64,000 nucleotides of DNA, taken from an uncultured Alphaproteobacteria bacterium (GTDB lineage Bacteria > Pseudomonadota > Alphaproteobacteria > RF32 > CAG-239). Below, piece by piece: positions 39,748 through 49,427 of this stretch. Each line of letters begins with the position of its first letter. The first letter of the stretch is position 1. Made by a program: the position numbers and the translations under genes. The notes beneath the pieces are model-generated. The model made no database searches, was not told where the DNA came from, and worked only from the letters and a program-made list of their open reading frames with translations. The DNA is taken from contig CALXVY010000001.1 in the NCBI GenBank assembly GCA_944392255.1, positions 47,367-111,366 of the forward strand, written 5' to 3'.

Positions 39748-41235
39748 ATGGAAAAGATTTTATCAAAAGAACTGTTGTTGCAAAATCTGAACAGTAGTAA
39801 TTTGTTTGTTGTAAAAGCATGTATGCTTAAGGTTTTTAAGGAACTGTTGCAAGGCAAGCAAGGGCTGCTGACAATGCAAGACATCGTTTTCTCTCAAAAA
39901 AGCGAGGTCAAACCGGAAGAGTTTTTTAAGTGTCTGGGAAAATATTTTATAGACATGCCGAAGAGAGATGCTCAGAAATGGGATAATTTTTTCAATATAT
40001 TGGAACAACGCCGTAGTTATATGCCAATCAGCCGTATGGTTGTGTTGGAAATGTACCTCTATGGCAATTTGAATAAAGAAGAAAAGCACAGATGTTGCTT
40101 TTGGCTGAACAATCACTGTCAGTTTGGTCAACATAAAGAACTTATATTGAAAATGTTGTCTAGTCCTGAAGATGCAAAATTATTGCTTTTGGCGAAAAAA
40201 TATTGCCGACAAGAATATGCTTTTTCTCAAGAAGAGGTAGATAAAGTATGTTCATTGCCATTAAGGGCTCCACGAAAACTTGAAATTTATGCTCTGTTCA
40301 TTGCTCAAAAAAATCAAAACTTCAATTTTTGCGTTTTGAAAGAATTAATGCAAAATTTATCAGATGATAAATTAATGGCAACAAGCGATGAAAAGCGTAG
40401 AATGTGGAATATGGTGATTGGTTTATTGCAAACTAATCCTCTTGACGAAGTTATAACCGAGCTCAAAATAGATGTCCGCAATTTTAACCAATTGTATCAG
40501 CAAGGAAAAATAGACAAAGACATTTATCTGAACATCTTAAAAGCATTTGCCGAACAAATATCCTTTGTTCCCACAGAATTAAAAGACCTTTTAGAGGGAT
40601 ATACGCAAATTGCCATAATAGAAAAAAACAGACATCTGTTAAAGCCGCTAATGGATAGCTTATTCCTTTTATTGGAAAAGAAAAATCCGCGTATTACAGA
40701 CAAAGTTTTGACTTTGGTATTGGAAATTCTCCTTTTATGGAAAGAAAAGCAGGGCTTCAATGTGAGCTATCTCTCCAAAATCAGAGCAAAAATATATCAA
40801 GGAGCAATGCTGATAAAAAAAGCAAATATATCAGAACTCAAACAATGTTTGACTTTTGATGAAAATTTGTTTTTGCTTTTGGTTCCAAAAGTTGAAGAAA
40901 GTGATATAAAAGCTTTGTTGCAAGAGGTTGCCCATCAAAAACCGGAATTGTGGTCAGAAACTTTGGATGCCGTACTCTCCAAAACATTGACGGATATAAT
41001 GTTGGTGATAGAAATTCTTGCCGAGATGTATAAGGCAGAAAATACAGCAGATATCCGAAAGATTTTGGCAGAGTCTTTAACAATGTTATTGAATAATTTG
41101 CCTGAAAAAGAGGCTATGGCAGAAAAGGCAGATAAGTTTTTTGCTTTTATGAACGATAATCCTTCCTTAAAGTCATTGGTTGAGAGTTATCTAAAAAATG
41201 CAAATGTCGCAATGGCAAATTATCTGATAGGATAA
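39748..41235 (+). CDS. Orphan helical (Leu/Lys/Glu-rich) protein
   Basis: 495-aa ORF, AT-only leader, no recognisable motif. Confidence 0.75.
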   Translation: MEKILSKELLLQNLNSSNLFVVKACMLKVFKELLQGKQGLLTMQDIVFSQKSEVKPEEFFKCLGKYFIDMPKRDAQKWDNFFNILEQRRSYMPISRMVVLEMYLYGNLNKEEKHRCCFWLNNHCQFGQHKELILKMLSSPEDAKLLLLAKKYCRQEYAFSQEEVDKVCSLPLRAPRKLEIYALFIAQKNQNFNFCVLKELMQNLSDDKLMATSDEKRRMWNMVIGLLQTNPLDEVITELKIDVRNFNQLYQQGKIDKDIYLNILKAFAEQISFVPTELKDLLEGYTQIAIIEKNRHLLKPLMDSLFLLLEKKNPRITDKVLTLVLEILLLWKEKQGFNVSYLSKIRAKIYQGAMLIKKANISELKQCLTFDENLFLLLVPKVEESDIKALLQEVAHQKPELWSETLDAVLSKTLTDIMLVIEILAEMYKAENTADIRKILAESLTMLLNNLPEKEAMAEKADKFFAFMNDNPSLKSLVESYLKNANVAMANYLIG

Positions 41236-41262
41236 ATCTTTTAAGAAAAAGCAAAGTTCTTT

Positions 41263-41757
41263 TTAAGAGCTTTGCTTTTTTTGTTGTTCAACAAAAGGCT
41301 TAAAATAAGCACAGACTTTTTGATAAACCTCTCGTTTGAAATCTACAACACGAGAAGGTGCATCATCAATATCAATCCATTCAAAAGCTTGAAATTCAAT
41401 TTCTTCGGGATTGGTTTTGAAGTTTATCTCATTATCGTTTTCCAAAAATAAAAATAAAAACCAATACTGTTCCTGACCAATATTTTTGCGTCCGAGTTTT
41501 TTAAATTTCTCAACCACTTCATTAGAGAACTTATAGCGTAAAGGCTGCGGATATTCAGCAATAAGTTTAACATTGGATAAACCTGTTTCTTCTTTTAGTT
41601 CACGATAAGCAGCTTGAAGCGGATTTTCGTTTGCTTCAATTCCCCCTTGAGGAAACTGCCAATTAAAGTCACAATTTTCCACTCTTTGGCAAGAGAGAAC
41701 CTTTCCCTGCGTATTACAAAGAATAACAGCGGCATTTTTTCTGTATAAATCAACCAT
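41263..41757 (-). CDS. rppH: RNA pyrophosphohydrolase
   Basis: YR, WQFPQGGI, AAYRELKEETG, GQEQYWF, FKREVY. Confidence 0.94.
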   Translation of the reverse strand: MVDLYRKNAAVILCNTQGKVLSCQRVENCDFNWQFPQGGIEANENPLQAAYRELKEETGLSNVKLIAEYPQPLRYKFSNEVVEKFKKLGRKNIGQEQYWFLFLFLENDNEINFKTNPEEIEFQAFEWIDIDDAPSRVVDFKREVYQKVCAYFKPFVEQQKKQSS

Positions 41758-42920
41758 TATTCAACCACCAAATTAGAGACAGGAACCAAGGCAAACGGTC
41801 GCTCAATAGAAGTAATATTTTGTTCTTTCATTTCTTCATAAGAAAGTTGCGGAGAAAAAGTTTCAACCCAATTTTTAATAGCGGTAATAACAATGGGTTT
41901 AGGTGTCGCAACAATCAAAACTTGTCCTTTTTCACGGGCTGTTTGTTCAGCTTTCAGGAGCAAATTTCTAATATTTTCTTGAGTGAAATCATCGCTAATA
42001 ACAATATCTGCTTTCTTTCTTGGTAAATTTGGTACTTGAATATTATCAATTTCTTGGCCGGAGGTAGCATCAATAGCCAATAAGCCTCGTTGTTGCAATT
42101 CTTGCAAATAATTTGAGAGTTGATTTTTTGTTGTTTCATCCACCAAACCATCAACAATAATCATTCCGCCAATAGGAGCATTAACCGACAGCGCTTTATA
42201 AAAGCGATACATATTTTCTTGAGGCGTTACGGTAATACCCATAGCTAAAGGACCATTATCTGCCTTAAGTACATTTTTAGAGGCCAACAACAAATCCATA
42301 TAGGTTTCATGACCAAATTTTCGAGCATTCGAAATCATTTCCGATGCTTTAATTGTATAAGGAGAGAAAGAAAAAGAAACTTCAGACGGAAGAGCTTTAT
42401 TCATAGATTCAAAAGTCTTGGTATCAATTCCGGTATTTTTAAATATAACAGAAACTTTATAAAAGTTAGGAGCAATTTGAATCTGATGTCCATATTCTAC
42501 CCAAGGTTTTTTGTTTTGGTTAGAAATTTTGGGTAAAGTAAAGTTATCTTTTTTCTCAATCAAATCGGGTATATTTTCTACCACATTCAAAGAATAATGA
42601 TTGGAGGAATCTTTGAGTTTAGCAAGTAAAGGAGCTGCTTTTACAAAATCTTCAATTGTTTCTAACTTAACCGGTTCTTCAGATAAGAAAGAAGGCTTAT
42701 TTTTAGAGGGCAACTTTTGTTTTTTTTCAGGCAGAGTTAAAATATATTTAGGCGATTTATTTTTTTTCTCAAACATAATTCGCTCAATTTTTGTTCTAAA
42801 CTCCGGCTCACTTTTTTTCTTAGCGAAAAAATAACCGGACATCGTAACCATAACCACAGCCATAAATATAAAAAAAGCTAATTTTGATTTTTTAGGATGT
42901 CCGCTCATTTTTTTCTCCAT
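41757..42920 (-). CDS. Divergent polysaccharide deacetylase family protein (YibQ-like)
   Basis: N-terminal anchor, FSFSPY, ARKFGHE, RGLLAID, LVPVS; conserved ctpA-deacetylase-rppH order. Confidence 0.8.
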   Translation of the reverse strand: MEKKMSGHPKKSKLAFFIFMAVVMVTMSGYFFAKKKSEPEFRTKIERIMFEKKNKSPKYILTLPEKKQKLPSKNKPSFLSEEPVKLETIEDFVKAAPLLAKLKDSSNHYSLNVVENIPDLIEKKDNFTLPKISNQNKKPWVEYGHQIQIAPNFYKVSVIFKNTGIDTKTFESMNKALPSEVSFSFSPYTIKASEMISNARKFGHETYMDLLLASKNVLKADNGPLAMGITVTPQENMYRFYKALSVNAPIGGMIIVDGLVDETTKNQLSNYLQELQQRGLLAIDATSGQEIDNIQVPNLPRKKADIVISDDFTQENIRNLLLKAEQTAREKGQVLIVATPKPIVITAIKNWVETFSPQLSYEEMKEQNITSIERPFALVPVSNLVVE

Positions 42921-44222
42921 TTATTTTTGGTTTTCGACACCAGATTTATAAATGTTCAAAGCCTTGACTAAATCTACGGCACGAGATAGCTGATAGTCTT
43001 TTTTCAAAGAATCATCTTTTTTAGAAGTTTTATTTTTTGTGATGGTTTGAGCATCATTTTTCAAAGCATTTCCAAATTCAGCTTCGCTAAAATTCATGCC
43101 TTTATCAATTTCTTCTACCTTAGCCGGTTTAACTTCCACATCAGGAACAATACCGGTAGCCTGAATCGAGCGTCCGGAAGGAGTATAATAACGAGCGGTT
43201 GTTAAACGCATTGCTCCATAGTTTCCAAGAGGAATAACCGTTTGTACTGAACCTTTTCCGAAGGTTTTTTCGCCCAAGATAATAGCGCGTTTATGGTCTT
43301 GCAAAGCGCCGGCAACAATTTCTGATGCAGAAGCAGAACCATCGTTAACCAAAACGACAATAGGTAAATCTTTGGCAATATCGCCTTCTGTTGCCGTATA
43401 TTTAACTGTATCTTCAGGATTTTTAGAACGAGTAGAAACAATTTCGCCTTGATCTAAGAAGAGGTCAGAAACATTAACGGCTTGGTCGAGTAGACCACCT
43501 GGATTATTTCTCACATCCAAGACAATACCGGCAGGCTCTCCTTTAAGTTCTTTTTTTATTTTTTTATAGTCTTTTTCAACCATTTTATCTGTATCTTCAG
43601 AAAAAGAAGTAATACGAATATAAGCCACATCATCGGCTTTAATTTCAGATTTAACGGATTGAATTTTAATTTCTTCACGTTTTAAGGTGACATCAAACGG
43701 CTTTTCATTAGCGCGACGAATAGTCAACTTAACCTTTGTACCAATTTTTCCGCGCATTTTATCAACAGCATCATTAAGGCTCATACCGACAACCTGTTCA
43801 CCGTCAATATGAGTAATATAATCTCCGGGTTTAAGTCCTGCTTTAGAAGCTGGAGTATCATCAATCGGAGAGACAACTTTAACCACACTGTTTTCCATGG
43901 TAACTTCAATTCCGAGTCCACCAAATTTACCTTTAGTTTGCTCATTCATATATTTAAAGCTTTGTTCGTCCAAATAGCTGGAATGCGGGTCAAGAGAAAC
44001 AAGCATGCCGTTCAGAGCAGATTCGATAAGCTTTTTATCTGTCACATCTTCCACATAAGAAGTTTTAGTTCTCTCCAAAACTTCACCAAAGAGGTTAAGC
44101 ATTTCATAAGTATCAGCAGGATTCTCTTTATCTTCTTTGTCAGCGGCAAAAGCCGGAGAAAAGATTACTGCGGTCGAGATTAAAGAAGCTGTAAAAATTG
44201 ACCATTTATTTTTCATATTCAA
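42921..44222 (-). CDS. ctpA: S41 carboxyl-terminal processing protease
   Basis: LDPHS, PDZ GGLG, DVRNNPGG, SASASEIV, GKGSVQ, TARYYTPSG. Confidence 0.96.
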   Translation of the reverse strand: MNMKNKWSIFTASLISTAVIFSPAFAADKEDKENPADTYEMLNLFGEVLERTKTSYVEDVTDKKLIESALNGMLVSLDPHSSYLDEQSFKYMNEQTKGKFGGLGIEVTMENSVVKVVSPIDDTPASKAGLKPGDYITHIDGEQVVGMSLNDAVDKMRGKIGTKVKLTIRRANEKPFDVTLKREEIKIQSVKSEIKADDVAYIRITSFSEDTDKMVEKDYKKIKKELKGEPAGIVLDVRNNPGGLLDQAVNVSDLFLDQGEIVSTRSKNPEDTVKYTATEGDIAKDLPIVVLVNDGSASASEIVAGALQDHKRAIILGEKTFGKGSVQTVIPLGNYGAMRLTTARYYTPSGRSIQATGIVPDVEVKPAKVEEIDKGMNFSEAEFGNALKNDAQTITKNKTSKKDDSLKKDYQLSRAVDLVKALNIYKSGVENQK

Positions 44223-44232
44223 TTCCAGTCAT

Positions 44233-45495
44233 TTAGTTAGTATACCATGGCATCGGATCAATCGGCTGATTATTCCGACGCAATTCCACATAAAGTTTAG
44301 CATCGCGGCTATCCGGCATTTGACCGATAGGCTCTCCGGCTAAGAGCAATTGACCGAGTTCGCAATCAATATCTTCCAAACCGGCAAGCAAAGTCAAATA
44401 ACCAGAGCCGTGCTCAATAATAATCATATTTCCGTATCCGCGGAAAGGACCGGCAAAAATCACCGAGCCGTCAAACGGAGAAATAATCTGAGCCATATTG
44501 CGTGTTTTAATAGTAATTCCTTTACTAAGCACGCCTTTATTTATCTCTTCGCCAAACTGCGCAACAATTGAACCTCGAGCCGGTAGAGGCAATTTTCCTT
44601 TCGCTTTAACAAAAGCCTTACCGATATCTTTTATACTCTCAGAAGAATATTTAATCAAGTCAGCTCTTTGAGTTTGCTCAAGTTTTTTCTTTTCAGCCAA
44701 TTTTCTTTCTTCTTCGGCACGAAGTTTTGCCAAACGTTTGCGTTCTTCGGCTTCTTTTTGAGCTTTAAGACGTCTTTCTTTTTCGAGTTTATTAAGAAGA
44801 TCGCGCAAATCATTGGCTTGAGACGCAAGTTTTTCCACTTTCTTTTTAGCCTGAGCTGTCTGAATTTCAATTTTGTTTCTGAGCTTAGACTTTTTCTGCA
44901 CCAAAGCTTTCATATTTTCATGTTCTTGTTCAAGCTGATGCTTTTGCGAAGTGATTTTAACAACTTGCTTTTCTATTTGGTTTTTCTTAAGTGTGATTTC
45001 AGCAAGTTTTTTACGAATAGTCGCCGCATTATCTTCCAAATAAGGTACGGATTCCCTAAGCAAAATAGCGCTACGTATAGTTTCTACGGGAGTAAGAGGT
45101 TGTACAAAGAGAGCTTCGGTTGGTTTAAGAGCAAGATTTTGCAAAGCCGAAAGGGTTTTAATTAAGTGCACATCTTGAGAAATAAAACCTTGCTCGGCAT
45201 CTTTAAGCTCTTGTTTTAATTTTTTTAGCTGATTTTCCATCGAAGAAATTTTATCTTCGTTGTTTTGAATTTTTTTAGCGGTTTTAATCATTTCAGAGCT
45301 AACCTCTGAGAGCTCTTGATTGATTTTTGATGCTTGTTCTTTCAGTTTTTGATGTTCTTTGTTTTGGAGCTCCACCTGTTTTTCCATGCGCTCCAATTCT
45401 TGTTTGGAAACTTTGGCGGCCATAGCATCAATGCTTGTGTTTGCCAAAGCAAACAACAAAGAAAATGCAAAAGTTATGACCGCCTTTGTTTTCAA
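44233..45495 (-). CDS. envC: Murein hydrolase activator EnvC family (coiled coil + degenerate M23)
   Basis: Signal peptide, long coiled coil, GYGNMIIIEH, LYVELR...PIDP. Confidence 0.88.
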   Translation of the reverse strand: MKTKAVITFAFSLLFALANTSIDAMAAKVSKQELERMEKQVELQNKEHQKLKEQASKINQELSEVSSEMIKTAKKIQNNEDKISSMENQLKKLKQELKDAEQGFISQDVHLIKTLSALQNLALKPTEALFVQPLTPVETIRSAILLRESVPYLEDNAATIRKKLAEITLKKNQIEKQVVKITSQKHQLEQEHENMKALVQKKSKLRNKIEIQTAQAKKKVEKLASQANDLRDLLNKLEKERRLKAQKEAEERKRLAKLRAEEERKLAEKKKLEQTQRADLIKYSSESIKDIGKAFVKAKGKLPLPARGSIVAQFGEEINKGVLSKGITIKTRNMAQIISPFDGSVIFAGPFRGYGNMIIIEHGSGYLTLLAGLEDIDCELGQLLLAGEPIGQMPDSRDAKLYVELRRNNQPIDPMPWYTN

Positions 45496-45509
45496 GATTT
45501 TTCCTTTAC

Positions 45510-47042
45510 TTATTTTTCAATTAAAGAATTACCGTTCATTTCGGCCGGTTTTTCAATATTGAGAAGTTCAAGTAAGGTCGGAGCAATATCAGCGAGTTTA
45601 CCGTCATGCAAGCCTTTAATCTGGGTTTGGCAGTTAACCAAAACACCTTGAACCTTGCCAACGGTATGAGCCGTATAGGGTGCACCGGTTTTTTCATCAA
45701 CCATTTTTTCAACGTTGCCGTGGTCTGCGGTAATAAAAAGTACCCCACCAACTTTTTTGATGGCATCAACCACTTTGCCCAAGCATTCATCAACAGCGGC
45801 AACAGCTTTGAGTGCAGCTTCCATAATACCGGTATGGCCGACCATATCACCATTGGCAAAGTTGCAGATAATAGTATCAAAGCGTTTATTTTCAATGGCA
45901 TCAACCAATTTTTCAGTCACTTCATAAACACTCATTTCCGGTTTGAGGTCATAAGTGGCAACTTTCGGAGAAGGAACAAGGATTCTTTCTTCGCCTTTGA
46001 ACTCGCGTTCTTCACCACCGTTAAAAAAGAAAGTAACGTGAGCATATTTTTCGGTTTCGGCAATGCGGAGTTGGGTCAAACCGTGGTTAGAAACAACTTC
46101 GCCAAAAATGTTGGTGAGTGCTTCCGGACCAAACATGGTTTTCATAAAGCGCTGGTGGTCAACGGAATACTCGGTCAAACCAACGTTAATAGAGGTTTGA
46201 ATGGTTTTCTTACGCGCAAAACCGGTGAAGTCTTTATCAGCCAAAGCATAAAGAATTTCACGAGCACGGTCGGCTCTAAAATTCATCATCAAAACGGCAT
46301 CTCCGTCTTGCATACCTTGATAATCACCGACAACGCAAGGAACAACGAACTCATCATTTACACCTGCGGCATAAGAAGCTTTGATAGCTTCATCGGAAGA
46401 GGCATATTTTTTACCTTCGGCAAAAGCCATATTGTTGTAAGCAAGTTCAATTCTATCCCATCGTTTATCTCTGTCCATGGCATAGAAACGGCCTTCAATG
46501 GTAGCAAGTTTAACATGAGCCATGTTAGCGATAGATTTTTCAAATTCTGCCACAAAATCAACGGCAGATTGCGGCGGTGTGTCGCGACCGTCTAAGAAAG
46601 CGTGAACATAGGTTGTAATACCATTGTCGTTCAAAACTTGGCAAGCGGCAACAATATGGTCTTGAGTGGAGTGAACACCACCGGGGCTCATCAAGCCCAT
46701 CACATGACAAGCTTTGCCATTGGCTTTGAGTGTATTGATAAGTTCATTCAAAACCGGATTTTTGGCAAAAGAGCCATCTTTAATAGCTTGGTCAATGCGT
46801 GGTAAGTCTTGCATAACAACGCGACCGGCACCCAAATTCATGTGTCCTACTTCAGAGTTTCCCATTTGACCATCAGGCAAACCAACGGAAAGACCGGAAG
46901 TTTCAACAAAACAATGCGGGCAAGTTTTCAAAAGATTATGCCAATTAGGAGTAATGCCTTGTTCAATAGCATTATCTTTGGTAATTTTTTCACGATATCC
47001 CCATCCATCGAGGACGAGCAACATAACAGGTTTTTGTGTCAT
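45510..47042 (-). CDS. gpmI: 2,3-BPG-independent phosphoglycerate mutase
   Basis: LDGWG, QMGNSEVGH, DGRD, AETEKYAHVTFF, DMVGH, TADHGN. Confidence 0.98.
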   Translation of the reverse strand: MTQKPVMLLVLDGWGYREKITKDNAIEQGITPNWHNLLKTCPHCFVETSGLSVGLPDGQMGNSEVGHMNLGAGRVVMQDLPRIDQAIKDGSFAKNPVLNELINTLKANGKACHVMGLMSPGGVHSTQDHIVAACQVLNDNGITTYVHAFLDGRDTPPQSAVDFVAEFEKSIANMAHVKLATIEGRFYAMDRDKRWDRIELAYNNMAFAEGKKYASSDEAIKASYAAGVNDEFVVPCVVGDYQGMQDGDAVLMMNFRADRAREILYALADKDFTGFARKKTIQTSINVGLTEYSVDHQRFMKTMFGPEALTNIFGEVVSNHGLTQLRIAETEKYAHVTFFFNGGEEREFKGEERILVPSPKVATYDLKPEMSVYEVTEKLVDAIENKRFDTIICNFANGDMVGHTGIMEAALKAVAAVDECLGKVVDAIKKVGGVLFITADHGNVEKMVDEKTGAPYTAHTVGKVQGVLVNCQTQIKGLHDGKLADIAPTLLELLNIEKPAEMNGNSLIEK

Positions 47043-47119
47043 TATTTTTCCTTTTACAAAATCAAATCAATCTTCTGCGTATTATATATAAATATTTTGA
47101 ACAAAAAAGCACTATTTTT

Positions 47120-47278
47120 TTATAATTTATAAAAGTTTTTTAAGACCGAAATTTTCATAGGGCTGCTTTGTAAAGAGTTCAGAGTTTCGGCTTGTTCTTC
47201 ATCTTGCAGCATACCAAACAAAAAGATAATACCCAAGCAAAGAAAGATAATGACAAATAACATGAGAATTTTTTTCAT
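47120..47278 (-). CDS. Small single-pass membrane protein (52 aa), not in ORF track
   Basis: MKKILMLFVIIFLCLGIIFLFGMLQDEEQAETLNSLQSSPMKISVLKNFYKL; AGGA RBS overlapping the PBP stop. Confidence 0.6.
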   Translation of the reverse strand: MKKILMLFVIIFLCLGIIFLFGMLQDEEQAETLNSLQSSPMKISVLKNFYKL

Positions 47279-47288
47279 AAACTCTGTC

Positions 47289-49091
47289 CTAATTTAGTTT
47301 AGCCGCTGTTATCATGATTTTTTGCCAAATTTCGGCGGGCAAATTGGAGCCGGAAACATTTTTCATCGGAGAATTGTCGTCATTTCCGAGCCAAACCGCA
47401 GCAATCAGCTCATCGGTAAAGCCCACAAACCAAGCATCGCGGTTGTCTTGGCTGGTACCGGTTTTTCCGGCAGCAAAACCTTTGATTCGCGCACGTTTTC
47501 CGGTGCCAGACGAGATGACTTCTTGCAACATATAAGTCAGTTGCTCCACATCACGTTTATCAAGAATTTGATTCTCATCATCAATGTTTCTCTGATAGAG
47601 TTGATATCCGTCTTTGGTATAAATTTCCTTAATGGCATATGGAATAACCGCATAACCGCCGTTAGCAAGCGTGGTATAAGCGGTGGCCATATCCATGACT
47701 TTCACTTCTGAGGTGCCAAGCGCAATTGCCGGAGAATTTTCAATTTCGGTGCTAATACCCATACGATGCGCATTTTTGATAATATCGCTGCGATTAAGCA
47801 TTTCCGAAAGGTGAATGGTTGCAAGGTTGTAAGAATGAGCCAAAGCTTGCGTTAAGGTTACTTCACCGTGATATTTACGGTCGGCATTTTCGGGCTTCCA
47901 TTTGCCGATAGAAAGCGGAGAGTCCATAATTTTATCTTCTGCCGAAAAGCCTTCTTGCAAAGCCGTGAGATAAACAAAAGTCTTAAAAGATGACCCCGGT
48001 TGGCGCAAAGCCTGTGTAGCACGGTTGAATTGACTTTTGGCATAATCCACACCGCCAACCATGGCCTTGATACCACCGCTCTTGTCCATAATTACAATCG
48101 CCCCTTGGTGCACGTTACGAGAAGAGGCATATTTGTTGATGGTGCTTTCCAAAATGTCAGATGCCGCTTGCTGCAAGTCTTGGTCAAGCGTGGTTAAAAC
48201 ATAAATATCATTGGTGCGTTCGCCGATATAAGAGTTAACGTCATTATAAACCCAATCGGCAAAATGCATGGCATCTTTCACATTATATTTCTTTTCCGGA
48301 CCGAGGCGCATTTTAAGTGCGTTGTCCGCTTGCATTTGCGTGATTTTGTCATTATCAACCATGTTGTTGAGAACCACTTTAGCACGCTCTATTGCTCTTT
48401 CTTCCGAGGCAATCGGGTTATAGCGCGACGGTGCTTTGAGCATACCGGCAATTACGGCAGCTTCCTTGAGGTTAAGGTCGCGAGAAGATTTTTGAAAATA
48501 TTTCTGGCTTGCTGCCTCAATACCGTAAGTGCCGGCCCCTAAATAAACGCGGTTCAGATAAAGTGCCAAAATTTGGTCTTTGGTAAATTTGGATTCGAGC
48601 CAAAAAGCAAGCAACAATTCTTGGGTTTTGCGCTTGATATTTTTGTTTGGTGTCAGGAATAAGTTTTTAGCCACTTGTTGCGTGATGGTGCTTCCGCCTT
48701 GTGCGTAACGTCCAAGAAACATATTGGTTAGCATGGCACGCGTGAAGGAAATGACATCAAAGCCAAAGTGCGAATAAAAACGCCTGTCTTCTGTGGAAAG
48801 AATAGCATCAATCACGTAAGGAGGAAGCTCGTCAACGGTAATCACTTCCGAATAAACACTGCCGAAAGTGGTGACTTCATTGCCGTTTTCGGCAGCAATG
48901 GTTGTGGAAGGTTGGCGGGTGCGATTAACAGCTTCTTCAATATCCGGAAGAGTGATGATGCAATAGCCGATATAGAGTAGAAAAGTTATCACCAAGCCGG
49001 CAAAAATTTTTAATTTAATATGCCGATTCTTAACCTTCTGTTTTGACTCTCTTTTTTTTCTTTTTGTTGTCTTTTTCTTAGCTTTTGCCAC
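47289..49091 (-). CDS. Class A penicillin-binding protein (PBP1A family)
   Basis: EDRRFYSHFG, QGGSTITQQ, RK..E, YLN, GSSFK (SxxK), SYN, KTGT. Confidence 0.95.
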   Translation of the reverse strand: MAKAKKKTTKRKKRESKQKVKNRHIKLKIFAGLVITFLLYIGYCIITLPDIEEAVNRTRQPSTTIAAENGNEVTTFGSVYSEVITVDELPPYVIDAILSTEDRRFYSHFGFDVISFTRAMLTNMFLGRYAQGGSTITQQVAKNLFLTPNKNIKRKTQELLLAFWLESKFTKDQILALYLNRVYLGAGTYGIEAASQKYFQKSSRDLNLKEAAVIAGMLKAPSRYNPIASEERAIERAKVVLNNMVDNDKITQMQADNALKMRLGPEKKYNVKDAMHFADWVYNDVNSYIGERTNDIYVLTTLDQDLQQAASDILESTINKYASSRNVHQGAIVIMDKSGGIKAMVGGVDYAKSQFNRATQALRQPGSSFKTFVYLTALQEGFSAEDKIMDSPLSIGKWKPENADRKYHGEVTLTQALAHSYNLATIHLSEMLNRSDIIKNAHRMGISTEIENSPAIALGTSEVKVMDMATAYTTLANGGYAVIPYAIKEIYTKDGYQLYQRNIDDENQILDKRDVEQLTYMLQEVISSGTGKRARIKGFAAGKTGTSQDNRDAWFVGFTDELIAAVWLGNDDNSPMKNVSGSNLPAEIWQKIMITAAKLN

Positions 49092-49192
49092 GATTCGCCC
49101 CTTTTTTATCCTTGCGTCGATTCTTAAAATATTTTAAAACTATATTCATAGATAACATAAAGTTTTAACATCAAAAGATTAAGGAACATTTT

Positions 49193-49393
49193 ATGACTGA
49201 CATTTCTCTTAAAATTAATGAAGATTTGTTGCAAAAATTAGCAAAAATCGCTGAGAAAAGCGGTCAAAATGTAAATGAAGTTGCCATATCGGCACTTTCA
49301 GCTTATGTTGAAGATTATGAAGATGTTTATAAAACCGATTTATGCTCGGTAGATAATTTGGAACGCTCATTCTTTTTATCCATTGGTGAATAA
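49193..49393 (+). CDS. Small ribbon-helix-helix (CopG-like) protein
   Basis: ISLKINEDLLQKLAKIAEKSGQNVNEVAISALSAYV beta-alpha-alpha pattern; AAGGA RBS. Confidence 0.65.
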   Translation: MTDISLKINEDLLQKLAKIAEKSGQNVNEVAISALSAYVEDYEDVYKTDLCSVDNLERSFFLSIGE

Positions 49394-49427
49394 GTTTTAA
49401 ATCCTACTGGCACAAGCAGGAGGAAAA

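Noticed and set aside
45606-46595. 329-aa ORF antisense to gpmI, and similar shadows over gmk, rho, dnaX, polA and xth
   Set aside because: Fully overlap well-supported genes; typical antisense frames produced by codon bias.
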